A stretch of 64,000 bases of DNA from Orbicella franksi (taxonomy: Eukaryota), in assembly GCA_964199315.1 (NCBI GenBank), contig OZ116708.1, forward strand, positions 23,002,001-23,066,000, in the 5' to 3' direction. The notes beneath the pieces were generated by a model. That model saw only the letters and a program-made list of their open reading frames with translations. It was not told the origin of the DNA and made no database searches. This document shows positions 27,183-39,500 of this stretch, one piece after another (positions within the stretch are counted from its first letter, which is position 1; every line of letters begins with the position of its first letter). A program made the position numbers and the translations under genes.

Positions 27183-28748
27183 CTCCGCCGACAATGATGG
27201 TTTTAACGCAAATTGAAAATAAATAAAGAAGTGTATAAAAGAAAAACGGCTACGCTTGGACAATTGCAAGCTGTTAAGATATGCCGGAGATCTGATATGT
27301 GCTTCAACGCTCGTCGAAATTTGAAATGAACTGAAGAATGGGTTGAAACCTTGCAGTGACGATTGAGAGTATCGCAGGTAAGCTAAAACTGGTCATCTCT
27401 CAAAACTGAAAAATATTGGACTTATTGTTATCTCTTCAGGTTCGTGGTTTTTGATATTGGCCTAAGCAAACTCTATATTTACCAGCAAATGGCAACATTT
27501 TGTGGGGCTATTTTGTAAGGATTGACGTAAAACGTTCCATTTCCTTCCTTTGCAGCGATATTGCAACTTCAAGTAATCAGTGATGGATGTCGCATCTAGA
27601 ATAAGTTAGCCACAGATTTATTAATTTTTTCGTTCGTTCTCTCTCTTAATCCTCCCAAATCTTAACCAATCTCGTTCCTTTTGCGTTTATCTTAGTTTCC
27701 TGGAATCAGTTTGCCTGCTTAACTGTTCTTTTGTACGTTTCCTTCGTTTTAAGGGTGAATTAAAAAGTTGTGAAAATGACTTAATATGCAATTAATAATT
27801 AATGTGCTCCAATATATTATACCCAAGATATGACCACCTCGGAGAATATAAGAGGTCATTTGCATTAATCCTTTGTGAAGACCCTTGAAAAGCCGCCAAA
27901 GGTATTTCGGAGCGGAAATTGTAATTTCTCAATTGGCTCAAATCAGGGAAAGATATGCGAATTTATATGCTGGTTTTTAAGATATAGATATTGCGTAGTT
28001 ATGCTTTTACTGTTATTTGTTAACTTAAGGATATCGAGGATGTCAATTCAAATAGAATAAGTTCATTTACTATAGATTATGTCAGCGTTTTTAACATACA
28101 AGCATTTTACTTGTCATTGAGTTTTAAGCGAAAATGTGAAATTGAAAAACACCGCATGCGTGACTGCCACGAAGTATTGTGAAAACTAAAACTTGATATT
28201 GTACCTCAAGATACAAGATGTGGGTTTCAGATCTATTTCCCGCGGAAGAAGAACTAATGATTTCCGTTTCAATCAAAAAGGTTCTTTTTTCCTTGAAAAG
28301 AAGTGGCAAGCTAACCTATCTGCCTTTTGAGAACATTATGGTGTGATAATGTTACTTCTGTAATAGAGATGGTCAATTTCTATAAGCATGCGGATTATCA
28401 TAATAAAGGACATATTTATAGTTCTTCATTAAAATAGCGCCATTGACGTAATCGCTTAAGCGCCTCCTCTCTGCCACTTCATTGAAATATTGAGTCGTCT
28501 GAAATTACACTTTTTGTTGAAATAGAAAGTGCAAGTTGAATTAAGCTTTTAGATAGTTTCAGAGGTGCGAAACGAAAACAACAACAAACACATTATTCAC
28601 CCAGGAAACGTTTTAAATTTTGAACTCGGAGTTGCTAAGTGCAATTCATTTCTTTGTGAAACATTTAGAGGCGACATTTTTCAATCTGAATATCTTTTCT
28701 GTGTGCGAGCAGTTTAAATTCTAGCTCTCTAAGGCTCCTTCCTTTCTC

Positions 28749-29102
28749 CGCCGGAGAAATTTGAAAACGCAGCTTTATTTCTCCGGTTAGGCCTACTGTC
28801 TACACTAATCCGTCACGAAAACGGAGCTCTTCGAAAACGCTCTTCAAACCGGAAGAATTTGAAAACGCTGGCTTTGCGTTTTCGTGGGGACGGAAAACGT
28901 AGTGAAAACGGAGCTTTTCAAAACGATGACGTAACGATAATGTAATTTTCCCTGATGGAGTTTTCTTCAAACACAAATCCAAATTGACCGGTGATTGTTG
29001 CGTTTTCAAATTTTTCCGGCGTAGTGTGGACGGAAAACATTTGATGTGTTTTCAGGATGAAACCTCCGTTTTCAAATTTTTCCGTGTATTTGGACGGGGC
29101 CT
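28749..29102 (+). mobile_element. Interspersed MITE-like repeat, copy 1
   Basis: Internal repeats of ttttcaaatt/aatttgaaaa. The segment ggttaggcctactgtctacactaatccgtcacgaaaacggagct recurs inverted at about 50033-50076. Confidence 0.75.
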
Positions 29103-31334
29103 GAGCAGGTCGTCTTCTCTTAATGAGGTGTTTTTTGTCTTAAATTCACATCTCCATAAGTCATATCGTCTACAAATTATGTGTAATTAATTACCGAGGG
29201 TATAAACTTTAGGGAACAGCTGTATTACATGGTAAAATTGTAATTTAAAGCCACAAAAGTTTGACATTTTGCAGGCTTAGTACACGGTCGCCTACCCTGT
29301 GAACAAGCTTCTTCTGGGAAGTAAAGACCATAAAAAAAGAAGAGAAAACCTAGCAAAAGAAAGGAGACGAAGTGGCAGGAGGTAAGAGATACAGAAAGCG
29401 TTCAAGGTATAGTCAGTCAGAAATAGTTAAGGTGGCTGGCAACAGTTTCCAAATAAACACTTTCCAGCAATTATATTTTGACGGATCAATCTTATACTAC
29501 AATTCTTTATCAAGTGATGTCAGGTTTACAATATTTATATCACTGAAATGCCACCCAGTCATTGATGGACAAGTTTTGGCTATTTCATAGGATAACAGGT
29601 TATAAATAAAATAAAAATAAATACTGTAGGACTCTCTAGTGGCACTTCCCACGGAGAGGCTTGTCTTCCACTATTTCCAGATCGAAATGGCATTTAGATG
29701 TGTTGGTTTCCATAGCAACAGATAACTTCTTAAAAGTACGCTCAATTTTACTCTTCAGTGCTTCTAACTCAAAAACAATTTCGATAACCTTTATTTTTTT
29801 TTTCTACTTTTGAATGCTCAGCATTTTTTAAGATGCAACATTTAGCAACGTTTAAAACATTCTGTCGGGAAGGTTCGAAAGTTCACCGCTGGAAAGTGCG
29901 AGAAACTGTTCCCAGGCACCCTAAATAAAGGCATGTAGACTATTAAAGTTACAAAAAAAAAGGCATTATAGTGCTTATATGTTATTGAGACACCAGTCTC
30001 CAATCCATTCTTGGATTGTTACATCATCTTGGGTATTAGCACTTAGAATATTTCCCACGGCGCATTTACCAAAATAAGATTAGGCTGTTAATAACAACTA
30101 CCTTGAAGGGGCCGATATGAACCTAGTAATTAAATGGCCTGCCTCAAAATAAATTCGCAGTTCGGAAGGTCGCTGGTTCGACCCCTGGCGGAGGACTTCA
30201 TTAAAATTTTTCCTTATCCCATCTCAGGTCAAACTAAATAAGTTCTTTTTTGTTAAACGTCTATCCAACAGTGGGTTACAGTAAAATCTCAATAAAGCCA
30301 CTCCTTTCCTCTTCTTAAGCCCCCCTGTTCCCTGTTTCTTTATGAGAGTAAACCTGTATCACCAAGACTTGAACATAGCATGGCCCAAACGAACAAACAA
30401 AGCATGTCCAAACTAAAGCAAATTAAACATAAATCTCAAGATCAGCATTTGACTTAATAAACAAACATTACAAAGGATTATTTCTTTTCAATTACTTTAG
30501 CCTACACTGACCTTCATCATGGGCTATGAAAGCTTTCCTCGTGCAGTCCCCCCTGTTTGCCCCTATTCGCATCCCGCGCTTTAACCTTAGCTCCCTCCTA
30601 CTTTCCCCGTGTAATCCCTGTAAATTTCCCATGCGTTAACATGTCCATCGTTTAACCTCATGCAATTCCCGTAATTTCTGCGCGCGTTAAATCGGGTTTT
30701 CCGTGCGTTTTACCACGGGCATCCCGTGAGCTCCGCTACACACAACCCCCTGTGTTTCATCGCGGGTTCCATGTGAGCTTGCTACTTACTTGCTCGTGCT
30801 ATCACTGTAGTTTCTGCTATACCTATGCTCTTCAATTACCCCCCTTCCACTTCTCCCAATTTCCTTCATTTGTTTACCCTGCGTACTCATTTGCGTTTCC
30901 CACAATTTCTCAATGAGTTCCCCTAAGGTCGTCTCATCATTATACGTCATTCGCCAGTTAGGTGCCCTAATGCGTTTGTGTTTCAGTTATACTCCAACTG
31001 CTAAACGGAGAGCAGACGTATGAGAGGCACAGACAACAGTCTGAAATAGATTGAAAAAGTTTAATAGAGACAAACTATTACTGTTACAAGAAAAATAATT
31101 ATTAGTCAAGAGTATCTATATATTAGACGCTGCCTCGTTCTCGGACGTCTCTGTCTTTCTTCAAGGAAAATGAGCGCGCAAAGGAAGAAACGGGGTATAC
31201 CAGTATGCCATGTCTATTTCACGCTCAGATTTTTTTCATGGCACATCATTGTTGACAAAGCAAAATCAAACTGCCACCACTACATTTTAGATGCATATAT
31301 ATGAACTTAGTTTAGAGCCTAAGTCACTATATCA

Positions 31335-31420
31335 GTCCTTGTAGTTCAGTTGTTAAAGCATCCGAATGAAGTGCGAAAGGTCGTGCGTTCAACGCCCCTA
31401 GGGGAAGCGCTATTTTTTTT
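31335..31420 (+). mobile_element. Degenerate tRNA-derived SINE head
   Basis: A-box-like gtagttcagttgttaaagc and B-box-like ggtcgtgcgttcaacgccc, followed by a T-run. No complete cloverleaf can be drawn. Confidence 0.35.
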
Positions 31421-34400
31421 ATCCAATGCTCGTGTTACAGTGCGTTTACTGAAACCGGGGCCACCCAGACAATGAAAACCAATCAAATGGCACATCTGAA
31501 ACAATAGATTCCAACATTTTCAAATCCAGGAAACTCATTTTTCTATCCTCTATAAAGAGAAGGGTCAAACCTAAGTTACCGTAGAGTTCCCAGATGCCAT
31601 TCCTTTCCCTTTGTTAAGCCCCCTTCTTTTAAGCTAATAACTAATATGTGAAAACTTTGAGGAAGCATGGATGACTTTGTACATCGAGTGGAAATTCAAA
31701 CAAATCTTCGCGAAAGTAAGAGTCGGCAATGGACTTAATAAACAAACTTTATTTAAATGCAAGGCTAATAAAAAAAACGGTTGTTTTTGAAATCTTTTTT
31801 AATTTGGCCCAGAATTAGGGACACTTTGCATAAAAGGAGCCCATATTGGAATAACAACACTTATATATTAAGCCTCACATTAAAAATCCTTTGTCTCAGG
31901 CTTAGGATGTATCGGATTTTTTTTCAAACCTAGGCGCAATTTGTGGAAGTGCTTATTAGTCCTGCCATTTAGTGTGGCATAAGGATGAACAAATAGTGTG
32001 ATTAAAAAAAATTAAAGTATTAATCGGGTATTGTACACTGTGTTTACATGCTTAGATGAACGCTATCGAATTCCTTTTTGAAATGAAGGAGAGGAATAGA
32101 ATCTAAAAACTGTAAAACAGTGAATAATATTTGAAAAACGGCCTTTTTTGTATACTTGGCTCTTGCGGGTTCACGTAGACTCTATAGAAACAATGAAAAT
32201 GCAAAACGTTCTCAATGCAAAGCGTGCAAAGGGTGTTGTCGCTAAAATTCGTGACGTATTTATTAGCTGATTGGTCTAATCTTATTTTGCATATTCATGA
32301 TGACTGTTGCTGACCTGAGTTACTTGTTTGTCATTTTGAGATGTTTGCCGTCGGAGTAAGATGTGAATGCTCCCTTCTACACGAGAAGCAAATTCTTACT
32401 TTGAAGAGGAAGTGGCGTCCACGTTTGGGGAAGAGAAGTCGGTTGACACCCATTTCTGTCAATGGTTAGTATCAAATTCTTTGCACTCTACCTAATTCGC
32501 AAGTAATATTTCAACACAAAATACCAGCTTCAAGTCCTACCACGTGCGCTTGACCGACTCGCCGCTTTACGTTTCGCGTTGAACTTCAAAACAACGTCAT
32601 AGTTTTAGCAACGGAGTAAGCCTTACGATAGAAAGTAGTTCAGGAACCATACGAGACGCTTAAGTTCATAGCAGTTACTTCGACGAGGTTTTGGCCTTCG
32701 TTACGAAAGTGGCGTGTCTTTGTCAAACTTTGTCTTGTACTTGTCAACGCGCACTCGTGTTCAGCAGTTCACTGTGAATTCTTTATTCCTCGTTTACTCT
32801 TTTGTTTCCACACTTGGGTTTGTTCCTTACCCAATTTTAATCTATTTTATTTTCAGAGGTTTGAGGATATCAAAAGGATCCAAGCAGGGAGGATGAAGAC
32901 AAAGTTAAGAATTTGAGAATTTGGTTAAATTGAAATGTTTCCGATAACAAATGGCAGGCTTGTAACCTAAAAGGTTATATTCGAGATCAAAACTTCGTAG
33001 TCTAAAATCATTTTGATTTTTTCACGTTTTGTTTTTTTTTTCTCGACTGAAATATTTGCATTCGAGTGACATTCGGGCGCGGAAAAAATCTCCGATTCGG
33101 TGGTTAATGTTGATTAATTCTGCCATTTTTGCCGGAAAGTTTTCAACCACTTTCGAGTTATCATTTAGTACATGTTTTCAAATTGTGGGGAGTTTTATTT
33201 GTAGGATTGAGCGATCATCAATTTGATTAGATTAAATTTTATCGGTCGGCATTTGCATGCTTTAGTACATTTATCTTGTCAGACTCGAGTATTGTTTAAT
33301 TTTTTTTTTTCAAAATTCCAAATTATTTTACAATCGCTCAACTCTCCCAAGTTTGAAAACCTGTTAACAGGCGATTACCTTTGTAGAGTATTTTAAGGTG
33401 GCGCTGCATGTTGAAATCAAACCGTGATCATGTCAATCAAAACAAATTATGTTGTGACATAAATTGGGCAAACAATTGTTGAATTTCTCCAAAATCGCAT
33501 TGGGCACTGAAGTTTTACAAAGGCTCAATTTCGATTTATGATGCGAATTGTCTGATGGAGGGCAATGCCCTTGCTCAAAAACAATATTACATGAGTGGTC
33601 GATGAAAATTGTTTTAGCTTGAAAGCTTACCCTACTTGGTTTAGCTATTAAACGCTCTAAGTTATCGAAGAATTTCTATTTCTCAAATCTTCACATTTTC
33701 AGACACGAAATTAAAAAGTCTCTTGATCGATTCTGTGCTTTGCAGTCGAACACACGTGAACATTTTTAGATTTTCTTTTTTTTTTCCAACATGGTCACCG
33801 AGCTTCTACAAAGTAAACATATATTGCTATTAAATTATGATGTGAATTGTACACTTGTTAGAAAAGCAATTTCCTTGCTCAAATTAATTAATGAGCCAGC
33901 TCGTCTGAAAATGCTGCAGCTTGAAGTTAATTAAAAGTGCTCCGTGTGACTATCAAAGAATTCCTATCGTTTCTTTTTACGTCAGTTGAAAATTTGAAGC
34001 ACTTCAACTTATTCCAGGAACCGTTTAAGATTCGTTAGTAAATTTGAATTTGTTCGCAACTCCGATCCATTCAAATAAATTTCTGAATATTTGAAACATT
34101 TGTTGACATGATCACATATTATTGGACGCTTCTTTCCTTGTTTAGCTCGTGTTAATTTTTTTTTTCGGTTTTGCGCACGTGCAGTAAAATGCGTGAACAT
34201 TTCTTTTGACGTTTGTTGTGTATTCACATGCAGAGCCACCTTGAATAAATAATTTTAGGAGAGGATATTGGGTTTCTGGATTGATGTTCGTGTCTAGAAA
34301 GTATTAGATTTATCGGCAGATATTGTGTTATACATCTTTGTACGGAAACCGTTCGGTTTAAATTGTCTCTTCGGAACGGGACTAAGCGTATAAATATCAA

Positions 34401-34479
34401 CCAGAAACCAAATATATCCTCTTGTTTAACTTCCAGCGAGGCTGTACTGAATTATGTCTGGTATCAAGCAACTCTTTCA

Positions 34480-35160
34480 ATTATCGCTTTTCGAAAAATG
34501 TAGATATAATTATCTGATTTTCAAACTGTTTTGGCTGTCATTTGTACTATCAGATCTTTTGCTTTTTAAGAAATGTAGTTTCAATTGTCTGAATATTCTA
34601 AAGTTATCATTTGGACTGGCAAACTGATTTTTAATGAAAATTTTCACGAATTGACCTGCTGCTTTTCAATAATGCAACTCCAATTGTTTGATTGTTCTAA
34701 AATTTTATTGCTTTCGTCCACAACTGGCAGATTTTTCAGAAAAATTTCACTATTTCATCTTTGATTTTCAAAACTTAGGGGCAATTGTCTTATTCTTTGA
34801 AATATTTTATTTCTATCGTTTTCTACGGACAAAAATTTTCCAAACACTTGTTATTAGCTTTATTGCTTTTCAAAACTGTAGTTTTGTCTGATTTATTTTT
34901 ACTAAAAATATTAACCATTACATCATTGAGTTTCAAAACTTGGTTCCGATTGTCTGATCTTTAAAAATTTTATGGCTATTGATTTTATTCACATGTATTA
35001 TCATGATCGTAGCTTCAATTGTCTGATGCTTCTAAAATTTCATCACTTTCGTTTGCTACAAACAAAAATTTTCCAAAAACATGCCATAAGCTTTATTGCT
35101 TTTCAAAATTGTAGTTTCAATTGTCTGATTCTTCTAAAATGCTGTTGCTTTCATTTGAAA
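34480..35160. repeat. Degenerate AT-rich minisatellite (units of about 70-100 bp)
   Basis: Variants of ttcaattgtctgat(t/g)cttctaaa recur about seven times; ttattgcttttcaaaa(c/t)tgtagttt is seen twice. Confidence 0.7.
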
Positions 35161-35469
35161 AAGTTTTATTACAAGTTTTATTACAGAAGCCATAGGATAT
35201 ATAGTGATACATTTTGAAGCTTGATAACCAGACATTAATCTTTAACACCTCGCCGGAAGTAATTTCTAGAAGATAACGAAGCAAGCCATGAACAGTTCTT
35301 TTATAAATTGAATTGGCCTGTAATTTGTCGGGTATTGATATTTCACCTCGGCTTAAAGTGACGGAAGTTCTAAAATTATCCAAATACTACGACCAGATCG
35401 AAATTTTAGCGGTTTCATTTTCGTTAGAGTAATCGGATTCATGGCTTGCCTTTGTTATCTTCTTGAAAT

Positions 35470-35835
35470 ATATTGCATGATGATATCACGTTAAATAGTT
35501 AAGCTGTGAATGACGGGCAGCTGGAAACCTATTTACAGAAATGGGAAGAGCAAGTTAAAATTTGTACGACTGCAACGTTTCTGCACAACATTGAGAAGAC
35601 GGCGACATTTTGGAATCGCTATAGTTCAGAGAGTTTATTTAGTTGGGGCTCAAGCTTCCCGGCTATACAAACTCTCTTAAATATTTCGATTTAAAAATGT
35701 TTTCACCCTCTCAATGTTGTGCAGAAACATTGCAGTTGTGCAAATTTTAACTTGCTCTTCTCATTTCCGCAAATAGGTTTTTAGCTGCTCATCGTTTTAA
35801 GGCTGACTATTTAACAAGATATCATCATGGAATAT
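35470..35835. repeat. Long imperfect palindrome (about 365 bp), followed by a second hairpin at 35831-35946
   Basis: Arms catgatgatatc/gatatcatcatg, gaagagcaagttaaaatttg/caaattttaacttgctcttc and tttctgcacaacattgaga/tctcaatgttgtgcagaaa. The second hairpin has atataccatcttgaacacaaac and its exact reverse complement. Confidence 0.9.
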
Positions 35836-36309
35836 ACCATCTTGAACACAAACAAATATTAACTGGATTCAAAATCTTAGTTTTTTTGAAAGACTCGGAT
35901 GATTGGAATCAAATTTTTTTCGTTAGTTTGTGTTCAAGATGGTATATGTTGAACATTTTTTGGCGGGAAAAATTCAAGGGGGTACCTGCTTAAAATTTTT
36001 GTCAAAAAAGTTGTCAGGGGAAACGCTGTGCAAATTTTTTCCAATTTTCCCGCCAAAAGTCTTAGTATATATAGGGCAAATTTTTTTGATGACACGTTTG
36101 TAATCAATTTAATTGAATTTCACTTAACTAATTAACTATTGCAAGTAGAAAATTAATGATGAATAAAACAATTGAAATGAAACACTTGTTGGAGTACTTT
36201 ATTGTTTGAAATAGTTTATTTACTCAATAAAGAAATACACAGTGGAATAAATATTGCATTTATTGACTATTAAGTTAAGTATAATTTATAATTAACTTAC
36301 ATTTTTTTA

Positions 36310-36570
36310 AAAAATTTGGCGCCGTATTTAGTCTTTTGGCGGGAAAATTAAAAAATTTTGAACTGTTGTTAACAAGAAGTTTTTTTTCAAAAAAAAATTG
36401 GCGCATGCGTATTTTGGCGCCCGTATTTTTTCTAAGTTTTTTGGCGGGAAAATTAAAAAAATTTAAACAGATGTTAACAAGAAGTTTTTTTTTTTAAAAA
36501 AATTGGCGCATGCGTATTTTGGCGCTCGTATTTTTCCTAAGTCTTTTGGCGGGAAAATTGAAAATTTTTA
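36310..36570. repeat. 105-bp tandem repeat (about 2.5 units) containing TTTTGGCGGGAAAA
   Basis: The motif starts at 36334, 36439 and 36544; further copies are at 35958 (+) and 36045 (-). Confidence 0.9.
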
Positions 36571-39500
36571 AACGTAGTTTGGTACGTGAAAGACCTGAGC
36601 AAAAAATTTCATTTCAGATTAAGCAACCAAAAAAACTACAACTGGTAGAAAAACTGAGTATTTATTCATCAAAAGGTTAGGTAGAATTAAATTTCATCCA
36701 GGAAATTCTCTGTAGTTTGCATTTAATCTTCCAGAAATTGTTTCAATGCTTAATTTTCAACAGTTTGATGAAGAATTATCGAATTGTCCCTAGCGACAGC
36801 GGTTTTTAACTAATGTAACGTCTACCTTTTGGAAAAATTAATTGTTTGTCTTTGCTTGTCCCTCTTCGATTAATTCTGGCTTTATGACGCTGAAGAACGA
36901 ACCCAGGCACTCTGAAAGAAATAAACAAAGAAGAATTAGAACTATTAGGTTTGATCAGATTGTACAAAAAGTAGTTAAGATACACGAAAGCGAAAACATG
37001 AACTTTGACGTTCAAAGCTACAATTTTTACTATGCTTATGCTTATGTTTTAACGGCGGCGAAATAAACTTCTCCGTTTTAATTTAAGTTCATAACAAATT
37101 CCAGCGACTGATGTCAAATGTAGAAAACATCGAGACAATTGCACACTGTTAGACATAATAATAATAATTATTTCCATTCCCGAGTTTCCTTTGTTTACTG
37201 TTGAAAACTATTTTAAACTGAGCATTTCAATGTTCCTGCAGTCTTCTGAAGTCTTTAGCCTTTACTATTTCAAACCGCGTGCTTTAATTTTTCCCTGAAA
37301 TTTTTATCGCAAATGTCGCATATTTTGCTAAAAGATCGTATCTAAATATTGATGGCAGCTCGAATTAGAAAGAACTAAATTAGCGCAAAAAAAAACTGAG
37401 CGAATCGATCTGACTGACCGAATAATTGCGTTGTCGGCTTGTTTTGTCAACTCGAAGGTATTTTGAATTTTACAAAATTTATAACTTACAAGACAATTGG
37501 TCACAAGACCAAAAGTGGATGCTGAACGAAGAAAGTTTTCTTGAGCTCAATTTGAAATTTTTCGCTTTTTCCACATGCAGAACTCGAGTTTGTTGTTTCT
37601 GCTGCATCAGTTGTTGATACTAGTAGCACATCAAATGCACGTGCTTAAGGTGGAGCGGTATAAATTTAAATATAGATTTAGAAAAAAATCTTCCTGCTTT
37701 TTATCACCTCGCTTTTCCATCCTTTCAATTCTTTAAGATTGTAGTAGAGCAATATTCAAATCTATGCTAGTTTCCGGACAAGAACATTCCAAACAAGAGG
37801 CTTGATGAGCAGAACAATTGCCTTGAATTCATTATTGCTAAGATCTTTTCGCACATTTTGCCTGACATGCAAAACAACAACATGAGATTTTTTCGTGTTT
37901 TTCGTGTTTTTGTGTTGGCCTGATTAAACGCTATCTTTTGTAGGATAGTACAGAGACACTACTGAAATACATCCAGATAACTGCGAGATAACTGCTAGAT
38001 TAACTACTAGATTAACTGCGAGATAACTGCGAGACTCAATGCACAGTGAATTTTAAGTCCTTTTAATATGTGTTCTCTAAAGGTTGCACAGCTGTTAAGC
38101 AACTGAACAGCGATACGGTTGTAAAAATGAACCAGGTTATGACCAATCCGTCACGATCGACTTCATTACCTATCAACTTAGAAAGCTAGAAATCTCGACA
38201 ATTGAGTCGCTAGCGATCGTTAAATTACAAACATGGACGTATATAACCCAGAGATATTTGATGTATAGACCGACGGTGTTATGCAAATCTATTGACGTCA
38301 GCTAGGGAAACAATATTCATGTGTTTATGTCCAGTTCATTAAGCTGTAACCTAAAGCGCTGAATATTGGTGTCGTACATTTTGCAACAAAAAATGAATGA
38401 TTTAATTCCCAAACCGTCAAATGAGCAGAAAAAAGCTTATAAATATAATGTGCAATCGCACGTAAGAACACGTAATAGTCTTTGCTATAAAAATCACAAA
38501 ACGCTTATAGTTATTTTTAATTCTTTCTTATTTTCTAAATTAATCAAAATTGAAAACAAATGTAAGCGGTTACAAAAGCCATGTCACGATATTTTAATTC
38601 ATTTTTTTCTTATTTACACCGAATTACTTTCAAAGTGAAGAACAGAACTGCACTTGAAAAAGGGTAGAAAGCAGGCTTAGTGAGCGTCCTTCAGTAAACA
38701 CATAACATGGTCCTAACAAGACAGCATCTGGCTTCCATTAAATATCAAAAGTAGCGTCACAAGTGTACGGAATGATCTCCTTATTATCAAAAAATCAAAC
38801 TTTTCCTTATTTCAACTTACACTCAGATCATGCTCTGGATACACTACAAATAAGAAGACCGTCTATATATGTTGCAATGAGAGCTACTAAGCTTAAGACA
38901 AAGTTATCTTTAGGCGTGTGCCCGATTTTTCGTATAACTATTCAACTTTATTTTGCTTGGTGGTCGTAGAACTGATATTTGTCCAAATGGCAATTCCCTT
39001 GTTTCTGTATTACCTTGAGAATCAGTTGATAAAGACCGCATTTTGCATTTATAAAAAGCAACTATCAATTTCAAAAAGATAGTTTACAAAATGTGAAAAG
39101 CTGAGCGAAATCGAATTTTCGACCCTCGCCGCGAAATTAAGAATTTGTCTGATTTTTACAGGCATACACTCTTAACATAATTATATAGATCAATCAATGG
39201 ATAAAACATACCTCATATCGCTATCATATCATCCATGTGACATAAAAATCTTTGTTCCCAATTCACCAACTCAGCTTCCTCTCCAACACGACTCCCTTCA
39301 TTTCTCTGAAATAAAATGAAAAGTATTTAAAGTATTGCCAACCCTGTAGTGGTGTTCATAGATAAAATTACCAAGACCATGCGAAAATAGGAGAATCTAG
39401 TGTGAGGAAAATATCTTCTAGTGGAATTGAGTCTGTCATTCAAAGTCTTAACTCTTTCGTTAAAACTGATGCAGGTAATGTTGCCTTAGATGGTGTAACT

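Noticed and set aside
30140-31420. tRNA genes
   Set aside because: Only degenerate A/B-box-like fragments are present, with no complete cloverleaf, so I treated them as SINE remnants.
34688-35217. Two similar plus-strand ORFs as a duplicated gene
   Set aside because: Their similarity comes from the underlying AT-rich minisatellite.
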